DNA of 15,779 bases from Octopus sinensis (taxonomy: Eukaryota): contig NW_021825392.1 of assembly GCF_006345805.1 (NCBI RefSeq), positions 1-15,779 of the forward strand, in the 5' to 3' direction. Under the pieces are notes generated by a model. It was not told the DNA's origin. It saw nothing but the letters and a program-made list of their open reading frames with translations, and did no database searches. The stretch's first letter is position 1; every line of letters begins with the position of its first letter. The position numbers and the translations under genes were made by a program. Of the stretch, positions 1 through 8,240 are shown piece by piece.

Positions 1-210
1 TTCCCAGAGATCGGATCGCTCGTAAAGTGAAAACACGTAAAGCAGAGCGGTAATTTCCCATAGTAGCAATGTTATATAACTCGTAATTCATTCCCAGAAA
101 AATTTTGGCAGGTTGAACCATGTGGAAGACAAAGACAGCTTCAGAACGATAATCGTGATTCTAATGTCAAAAGTAAGAGGCACGCATTAGAATCACAGTA
201 TAACCTATTA

Positions 211-735
211 GGGCGGCGAGCTGGCAGAAACTTAGCACGCCGGAATGCGTAGCCGTATTTCGCCGTTCGTTCTGAGTTCATTCCGCTAGCGACTGCCTTT
301 CAGGGCGATAAATGCCAGTTAGCACGGGGTCGTGATCGACTTCCGTCTGCCCCTCTGTTAGCGTTCTGGGTAGTAAAGTACTGCGTTAGGTCAATTCCGC
401 CGAGGTCGATTTTGCCTTCATCCTTTCGGGGTCGATAAATTAAGTACCAGTTGAGTACTGGGGTTGATATAATCGACTTAATCCGTTTGTCTGTCCTTGT
501 TTGTCCATTCTGTTTTTAGCCCCTTGTGGGTAGTAAAGAAATAGGTATTTCGTCTGCCGCTACGTTCTGAGTTCAAATTCCGCCGAGGACGACTTTGCCT
601 TTCATCCTTTTGGGGTCGATTAAATAAGTACCAGCTACGCGCTGGGGTCGATATAATCGACTTAATCCGTTTGTCTGTCCTTGTTTGTTCTTTCTGTTTT
701 TAGCCCCTTGTGGGTAGTAAAGAAATAGGTATTTT
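211..735 (+). mobile_element. Head-to-tail trimer of a tRNA-headed SINE (family A here): one head plus three bodies
   Basis: Head ggcggcgagctggcagaaa (A-box-like) with B-box gagttcaaattcc. The body gtcgactttgcctttcatcctttcggggtcgat...tagccccttgtgggtagtaaagaaataggtatt occurs three times (about 211-380, 381-549, 550-735). An 8-bp direct repeat acctatta at 203-210 and 736-743 flanks the whole trimer. Homologous to 13517-13751 on the minus strand. Confidence 0.9.
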
Positions 736-829
736 ACCTATTAAATTCATAATACTCGTAAATAAATGGCATTAAAACAACAGGAGAATGTAAATAAAAA
801 TTTTATGTAAAGTAAAAAGACTGTCAAGA

Positions 830-1085
830 TCATTTATAAAAAAAAATATGATTATTATTATCACCTTCACTCGCATTAGACTCACACACACCATCATTTG
901 TGGATGTGATCGCCAATTCACAAGCACTCGTAGACGGACTTGTAGATGTCTTTTTCAAAAACAAGTCTAGAGTTGTTTGCTTAGAAGAAGTATTTTTTTC
1001 GTTCTCCAGAAATTTCTCGGAAACACGCAGAAGCATTTGTTAAGGTAGTAGAGACTTTTGCACTTCGTTCAAAATTTGGAGCTTG
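830..1085 (-). pseudogene. C-terminal fragment of Tigger-family transposase with one frameshift
   Basis: Minus strand reads QAPNFERSAKVSTTLTNASACFREISGERKK (1085-993), then shifts frame at the T7 run 993-999 into TSSKQTTLDLFLKKTSTSPSTS. This matches the Tigger1-like C-terminus pattern (NFERS..V...NSIACYREI..ERK....QTSL..YFKK), recalled from family knowledge rather than a search. Confidence 0.8.
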
Positions 1086-1117
1086 TGCTTGAAAAATGAA
1101 ACTCGTAAACCCAGGCT

Positions 1118-1219
1118 CTCGTAAAGTGGCTCCTCGTAAAGTGGCTCCTCGTAAAGTGGCTCCTCGTAAAGTGGCTCCTCGTAAAGTGGCTCCTCGTAAA
1201 GTAGCTCCTCGTAAAGTGA
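1118..1219. repeat. 15-bp tandem repeat (ctcgtaaagtggctc), 6 full copies plus 1 partial, inside the Tigger terminus
   Basis: Direct reading: units start at 1118, 1133, 1148, 1163, 1178, 1193 (gtagctc variant) and 1208 (partial). Confidence 0.95.
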
Positions 1220-1228
1220 GGCATTAAT

Positions 1229-1593
1229 GTGGCTGTGTGATAAGTAGCTTGCTTACCAGCCACATGGTTCCGGGTTCAGTCCCACTGCGTGGCACCTTGG
1301 GCAAATGTCTTCTACTATATCCTCCGGCCGACCAAGGCCTTGTGAGTGGATTTGGTAGACGGAAACTGAAAAAAGCCCGTCGTATATATGTATATATCTG
1401 TGCGTATGTGTTTGTGTGTGTGTGTGTGTGTTTATGTCCCCGTCACTTAGCGGTTCGGCAAAAGAGACCGATAGAATAAGTACTGGGCTTACAAAGAATA
1501 AGTCCCGGGGTCGAGTTGCTGGATTAAAGGTGGTGCTCCAGCATGGCCGCAGTCAAATGACTGAAACAAGTAAAAGAGTAAAGAGAGTAAGAG
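1229..1593 (+). mobile_element. tRNA-headed SINE with CORE-like ccttgggcaa motif and internal (AT)/(GT) microsatellite (family B here)
   Basis: Head gtggctgtgtgataag, B-box ggttcagtccc, then caccttgggcaaatgtcttctactat and gtgagtggatttggtagacggaaactg. Internal microsatellite at about 1383-1430. 3' module ggggtcga...ccagcatggccgcagtcaaatgactgaaacaagtaaaagag. The same modules recur at 2430-2553, 4291-4520, 7436-7489, 11800-11890 and 14463-14633. Confidence 0.85.
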
Positions 1594-1808
1594 TATATAT
1601 ATATATATACGTACATACGTACATACATACATACACACACATACATATTCATAACATATACATAGATATATGTATATATATATGTAATTTATACACACAC
1701 AAATATACAAATATATAAATGTATATGCATGTGCATATATCTACATATCCATACAAATGTATGTTGATAATTCCCCCCACACGCGTATATATATATATAC
1801 TGTGTATA

Positions 1809-1839
<31 letters not shown>

Positions 1840-1878
1840 GACTATATATACATACATACGTACACACACACACACACG

Positions 1879-1914
<36 letters not shown>

Positions 1915-2140
1915 CTTTCAAATACCACGAAATACACATATGCACACACACACACATGCATATACATTATATACAGACATATTTACATTTAAAGCCAAGC
2001 ACACACATATTTACATTTAAACACACACGCACTCTCACTCACACACACACACACACACATACACTCACATACACCCACCCACACGCACACTCACGCTCAC
2101 ACACACACACACACACACACATACTCATACATATAAACAG
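1594..2140. repeat. Compound microsatellite (AT)n/(AC)n/(GT)n
   Basis: Direct reading; it explains the YI/HT-rich ORFs. Confidence 0.95.
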
Positions 2141-2429
2141 ACATGTTTACATTTATGACCACGCACCCATATATTTACACCCACACATTTCTGTGTCCAA
2201 GTTGCCACCACTCCTTTCAGCTCCTTAATTCGCCGTCTTCAACTTTAAGGTTTCCTTTCATCAAAGGTCACCTCTCTCATCCTATTGTGTGCCTCTTACT
2301 TTTGACACTAGATTCACAATTATCGGTCGGAAACGGCGAAATCCTTTGATTAGACAAATCAACCGTTCCTAGGTCTTCCACATTGTTCAACCTGCTAGAA
2401 ATAGTGACCAGATCATGAAGTTTTCTCTT

Positions 2430-2551
2430 AAGCTTTCTTCCTAACCACATGGTTCCGGGTTCGGTCCCGCTGCCTGGCATCTTGGGCAAGTATCTTCTAC
2501 TATAGCCTCGGGCCGACCAAAGCCTTGTGAGTGTCTGGCTAACGGAAACTG

Positions 2552-2553
<2 letters not shown>
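2430..2553 (+). mobile_element. 5' half of a family-B SINE
   Basis: aagctttcttcctaaccacatggttccgggttcggtccc...cttgggcaagtatcttctactatagcctcgggccgaccaaagccttgtgagtg...cggaaactgaaa aligns with 1244-1372. Confidence 0.85.
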
Positions 2554-2617
<64 letters not shown>

Positions 2618-2635
2618 ATATAATATATATATATA

Positions 2636-2669
<34 letters not shown>

Positions 2670-2840
2670 TATTATATATATATATATATATTATATATAC
2701 ATAGACTTATATTATTATATATATATATATATTATATATTATATATATTATATATATATATATAACGTATGTGTATGTATATAATATATAATATATATAT
2801 TATATACATATATATACATTATATATATATATATATATAC

Positions 2841-2871
<31 letters not shown>

Positions 2872-3025
2872 ATATACACATATACTTACATTTATATATA
2901 TATATATATTATATATATATATATATATATATGTAAGTATGTGTATGTATATATATATATAATATATATATATATATATAGATATATATATTAAAGTTAT
3001 ATATATATATATATAATATATATAG

Positions 3026-3117
<92 letters not shown>

Positions 3118-3135
3118 TATGTATAATATATATAA
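2554..3135. repeat. Long imperfect (AT)n tract
   Basis: Direct reading. Confidence 0.97.
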
Positions 3136-3817
<682 letters not shown>

Positions 3818-3829
3818 GTATGTATAGAT

Positions 3830-4038
3830 GTACATATATAAGTTATGTGAAATCATAATTGATAAAGTAAGCACAAGATGGTTACTTAATGAATTATCAT
3901 TATCTCAACTGACACTGCGGAGTTTCGGAAGTCGATCCAACGGAAATATACCCCGACTGCAGGTGACCCTAGGTAGCCCCATACTGTGCCAGTGCTTTAC
4001 TCAACACCTCAACACACTAATCGACATATACCCACTAG
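3830..4038. mobile_element. Unclassified complex-sequence insert between (AT)n tracts
   Basis: About 200 bp of non-simple sequence bounded on both sides by (AT)n, like the neighbouring PLE-type insert. No diagnostic motif found. Confidence 0.35.
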
Positions 4039-4290
<252 letters not shown>

Positions 4291-4300
<10 letters not shown>

Positions 4301-4520
4301 TCCTTGCCTTTGTGTTTGTCCTCAACCACCGCCTGACATCCAGTGTTAGTGTGTTTACATCCCCGTAACTTAGTGATTTGGCTAAAGGGATGATAGAATA
4401 ACTAACAAGCTAAAAAAAAGTACTGAAGTTGAGTTTTTCGACTAATAAATTCTTCAAGGCGGTGCCCCAGCTTGGCCGCAGTCTAATAACTGACACAACT
4501 GAAACATAAAAGATAAAATA
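4291..4520 (+). mobile_element. 3' half of a family-B SINE
   Basis: atccccgtaacttagtgatttggctaaagggatgatagaata...aaggcggtgccccagcttggccgcagtc...actgaaacataaaag aligns with 1435-1577. Confidence 0.8.
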
Positions 4521-5449
4521 TAACAAGAAGTATCGGTAAAAAGACACGATGTCCACGGCTGTCCAGAGTCACTTCTCAATCTTGGCTGATCTGAAACCAA
4601 CCGTTTCTGTCTAAGTCCCCCCCACCCTGTTATACTTAAGCCAGGCTGCTTAGTTTTGCCAATTTTCCAATCAATTTACTGCGGGCAGCTCTTTGCTTTG
4701 CCTTCTTTTTTCAAATGGCTTTTGAAAAAACTGGCCGAACAGAAAAGTCCTTCTCTTTAGCTTTTACAATCGCATTCACTTCACTAATTCATTCAAACTA
4801 GTCATCAGGCTTCCCTTCAAAAAAAGGTAGCGGGACGACCAGTAATAGACTTAGCTGATGGCCATATCGATATTGATAATGGACTCAGCTGACACTATAT
4901 CGTCCTTCATTCCACAACAACACCTTGACAAAAAGTCAGCATCGGTTGAAACTAAATGAGTGCAGTTTAGTTCCTTCACTTCGTGCCTGTTTCGGACAGG
5001 CCCCATTTGACGGCACTTCCGTGTCTGAAATCCCATTTCGATCCAACGATTCCCATCGTCCTTTTGCACTTCCGGGCCAAGGATTTTGCGAACTGTCCAA
5101 AAGTCTCCATGTTGAAACTTCTCTGAAACAGATTAGTTATTTTCTTCTCGCCGACGCCCAGTGTCCCCACCCCACCATCATCAGAATATCGCCACTCCTG
5201 TCACCACTACTCTTTAAAAGCTGTGTTACCTTTGTTGTACGATGGATCGCATTGCTCGACTGACGAGATCCTGACAACATTCCAAATACCATGTGTTCAC
5301 CAAAGTCTTCAGCACGGTGAAAGAGACGAGCCGAAGGAAAACGGCGACCTGTTAACTCTGTGCCTTAATGCATGTCTGTTCGTCATTCTTTACGGCACAT
5401 AGGCCTTTCCATGCAGAGGTGCCATTCACTCCTCTTCTAACACTAACAT

Positions 5450-5944
5450 TCATGAATCAAGATGTTTAAATTCTTGTAAAAATTACTTCCATTTTTATGG
5501 AAAGATTATGAAAAAAAAATTGCTTAATGGATCACTGTTTAGAGATTGTTTTCGCATCAGATTAAATTCTTTTAAATATGTTGAAGACAAAAATATTCGA
5601 TTTCACGTTGCTATTAGTCATAGATAATAGCATCCTGTTATCCATAACCGCCACATCACCAACCAAATTTTAGATGAATGTTTATGCTGCTAAATACAGC
5701 GTCAGGTTTGCAAGCGATGAATGAAGGCGTTATGGCGACATTTAAAGCTTATTATGGTCGGCACAGAATAAATGCTGTTGATAAAAGAAGAGGTCCAACA
5801 CCAAAAGAACTTTGAAAAATCATTGAATGAGATGGAAACAAAGTTACTGAGAAAACCAAAGGAAACCTTGGGAATAGATTCTGGTGTCAGTTTATTGACA
5901 ATATTAAAAGATTTGAAGAAAGGCTAGATATAATTCCAAAATGG
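5450..5944 (+). pseudogene. Decayed Tigger/pogo (DDE_1-type) transposase catalytic region; probably resumes after the SINE at about 6354-6440
   Basis: Across frameshifts it reads LPFLWK, LFRDCF...KYVEDKNIRF, LLLVIDN/ASCYP (5608-5644; consensus LLLLDNAPGHP), FMLLNTASGLQAMNEGVMATFKAYY (5681-5755; consensus [25 protein letters not shown]), and NKVTEKT...QFIDNIKRFEE. These are collinear with Tigger transposases. Confidence 0.85.
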
Positions 5945-5960
5945 GGTCATTGATGTTATT

Positions 5961-6337
5961 AGTCTCACAGTCTAGCATAAGGCCAGCAAGGGAGGGGCCA
6001 AGTCCATTGCATCGACCCAGTGTCCAGCTTGTACTTATCTGAACGACTTCGAAAGGATGAAAGGCAAAATAAATCTCAACGGAATTTGAAGTCAAAACAT
6101 GAGGGAAGAAATACCTATTTCTTTACTACCCACAAGGGGCTAAACACAGAGGGGACGATCAAGGACAGACAAAGGGATTAAGTCGATTATATCGACGGCA
6201 AAGTCGACCTCGGCGGAATTTGAACTCAGAACGTAACGGCAGACGAAATACGGCGACGCATTTCGCCCAGCGTGAGGGAAGAAATGCCGTTGAGCATTTT
6301 ACCAGGCGTACTAACGGTTCTGCCAGTTCGTCGCTTT
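5961..6337 (-). mobile_element. Old, diverged tRNA-headed SINE (sister of family A) inserted in the Tigger transposase and itself interrupted by a younger family-A copy
   Basis: Head at 6286-6337 and body at 5961-6099 (cgaaaggatgaaaggcaaa, tcgacccagt). Flanking 16-bp direct repeat ggtcattgatgttatt (5945-5960) / ggtcatggaagttatt (6338-6353), 14/16 identical. Confidence 0.75.
6113..6272 (-). mobile_element. 5'-truncated family-A SINE with a 47-bp internal deletion
   Basis: Aligns to 13517-13725. Perfect 13-bp direct repeat tgagggaagaaat at 6100-6112 and 6273-6285. Confidence 0.9.
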
Positions 6338-6774
6338 GGTCATGGAAGTTATTCATAAATTAAATATTGACTGGTAGGACCCGTGGAGATTCCATTGGAT
6401 GGAAAAAAATTAAGAGGACCTATTTAAGAAACTAAAGGATTACTTGCATTTTGATAGCATTCATACTTTAGCCTTTTCTTTAAATATTCTTGACGTTCGT
6501 CTACATTCATTTCCTCACGTCTCCGTCGGTGTTCTCCCCCCCTCCTTTTCTTATATCTTCTCGTTGTTCTTCTCTGATCCGTGTTCCAGATCTGCGAATC
6601 CTTTTTCTGGAAGTTTGCAACCGTGTTTCTTGTGAATCTAGAGTTTAGGCTAAATTAACCCTTATAAACAAATATCAATTTTTTAAAGCGAGCAGACGAT
6701 AAATAATTGCACTTATGCGCATGCTTTAAGCTATGATCGATATAGAAAAGAATTAGTTCAATAAATAAAAAATA

Positions 6775-7015
6775 CCCCCCCCCCCCTTTCCTTTCTCACC
6801 TCAACACACGTCTTTAACACTTCTCTGTCTCTGTCTGTCTGTCTCTCCTTCTCTCGTCGTCTTTTTCCCTCGTTCTACGCCTCTACCTTCAGCTGATCAC
6901 GTGACCATTTTTTAATCACTTTCTCTACTTCTTCCCTTCTTCTTTCTTCACCCCTCCCATCTCTCTCTCTCTCTCTCTCACTCTTACTCCACTTCTCACT
7001 CACTCCACCTCTCTA
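6775..7015. repeat. Pyrimidine-rich low-complexity region (poly-C, (CT)n)
   Basis: Direct reading. Confidence 0.85.
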
Positions 7016-7435
7016 ACTAATGTAAAACGGGCGAACGAACAAGCAGATTATTTATAAAGATGTTTCTAAGAATGATATAATTTTTGCTTTTTTCAGGCAC
7101 TTGATAAAGGGCTTACAAATAAAGGCGTTTGTAAGTTGGAGGAATGTTGTGAAAAACGTGAAAAAGATCTAAGAATGGAAATTCCTGTTTATTTCTTGGT
7201 TCTGAAACAGCTCCAAGAAGCATGTTCCAATATTCCAAAAAAGAATTGGATTTTCGAGTTTCATCATGGAATTTCTAAAGAAATGACGGGCTTATGATGG
7301 CAGCAAGGAGCTGTTGGCACATTTATAAAGGAAACATCAAGTTCCTCGTATTTCGAGAACACCAAATCCCGAAGCCACTTCGAATCCCGATTAAAAGACT
7401 AAAAACATTTAAAGCTGATTTGTTTTTATGATTTG

Positions 7436-7489
7436 TTCTTTTACTCTTTTACTCGTTGCAGCCCTAAGGCTGTGGCCATGCTGGGGCAT
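7436..7489 (-). mobile_element. 3' end fragment of a family-B SINE
   Basis: ttactcttttactcgttgcagcc...tgtggccatgctggggca is the reverse complement of the tail at 1535-1590. Confidence 0.65.
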
Positions 7490-7659
7490 GTAAATATTTA
7501 TTTCATCCAATCATTTTCTAGATTTAAATCGTTCTTGTCATTTGATCCTTATATAAAACATTTTGACAAATTGTCCGATGCCAAACGAAGAACTAACGAA
7601 TGACTGCAAAAGAATTTGATTCGATGGCAAAAACGCGCACGTGCACAAAAAACATGTAC

Positions 7660-7695
7660 CTGTATGTATGTATGTATGTATGTATGTATGTACGT
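7660..7695. repeat. (GTAT)n microsatellite
   Basis: Direct reading. Confidence 0.9.
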
Positions 7696-7790
7696 ATATA
7701 GAAAATCGCTACTAATCCCCCAAAATAAAGAATGAAGTAGTAGTTGGAAATGCATCGAGGAGAATATATAAAAATTTATTTTAATTTCAT

Positions 7791-7795
7791 ATCTA

Positions 7796-7872
<77 letters not shown>
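7791..7872. repeat. (CT)n followed by (AT)n
   Basis: Direct reading. Confidence 0.95.
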
Positions 7873-7875
<3 letters not shown>

Positions 7876-8035
7876 AAATGGGACAAGAACGCAAAACATC
7901 CGGACAGCTAGGTGATACAAAAGGGACAACAAAACATCCAGATAGACGATACAAAGTAAACAAGGACGGGTTGTTCGAAGTTTTCTTTCCTCAGTCAAGC
8001 ACCAGATTATCCTCACAATTTCGGCTGATCATTAT
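7873..8035. mobile_element. Unclassified interspersed repeat abutting (AT)n, with an imperfect internal tandem duplication
   Basis: The pattern gggacaa...aaaacatcc.ga.ag...gatacaaa occurs twice (about 7880-7922 and 7923-7955). It starts exactly at the end of the (AT)n tract and may be PLE-related, but no canonical HHR is present. Confidence 0.4.
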
Positions 8036-8240
8036 GTATATATAATTGTTTAAGAGGACAACAAACGTTAAGGCAAGGCAAACATCTCAAGTCTTATGCA
8101 TTATTATCATTGGAAATCTGCAATGGCTCCATAACTACCTTCTCGGCTCTAACCTTGGAGCCCCAGTAATTCGTTACAGCAATTACCTAGCGTACCTAAT
8201 CACCTGTGAACTAAACCCCCATACTTTATATATATATATA

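Larger units (their letters stand above)
1..1230 (-). mobile_element. Tigger/pogo-type DNA transposon, internally deleted non-autonomous copy; the other end lies just left of the window; interrupted by a SINE trimer at 211-735
   Basis: Terminal sequence ctcgtaaagtgaggcattaatgt at 1208-1230 resembles a Tigger-type TIR. The subterminal ctcgtaa motif recurs at 19, 80, 1102 and 1118-1219. The Tigger-like subterminal block tttcccatagtagcaatg...aattcattcccag lies at 54-97. A transposase C-terminal remnant lies at 830-1085. Confidence 0.8.

Noticed and set aside
211-290. tRNA-like A and B boxes (also 1229-1290 and 13660-13751)
   Set aside because: They do not fold into a cloverleaf and are followed by SINE bodies, so they are SINE heads rather than tRNA genes.
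1069-1263. ORF with RSHFT repeats, and the 15-bp array as a possible CRISPR
   Set aside because: It is a spacer-less tandem repeat inside a transposon end in a eukaryotic context; there are no unique spacers and no cas genes.
4770-4812. Minus-strand CUGAUGA followed by a hairpin
   Set aside because: Followed by U-GAAG rather than GAAA, with no helix I or III.
5125-5184. Minus-strand CUGAUGA...GAAA
   Set aside because: No helix II closure, helix III or helix I pairing.
5198-5215. LSPLLF resembling reverse transcriptase motif B in ORF 4925-5263
   Set aside because: The preceding QG and the downstream YADD are absent in all frames I checked.
7970-7994. Minus-strand CUGAGGA-AAG(AAAA)CUU-CGAAC
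   Set aside because: GAAC instead of GAAA, and no NUH site or helix I.
8165-8205. Degenerate resemblance to HHR-1 (GUGAUUA...GUAAUUGCUGUA, minus strand) near the homologous 48-bp block
   Set aside because: Several core mismatches, no helix I, and spacing from the shared block (about 80 nt) differs from the 25 nt in the intact copy.
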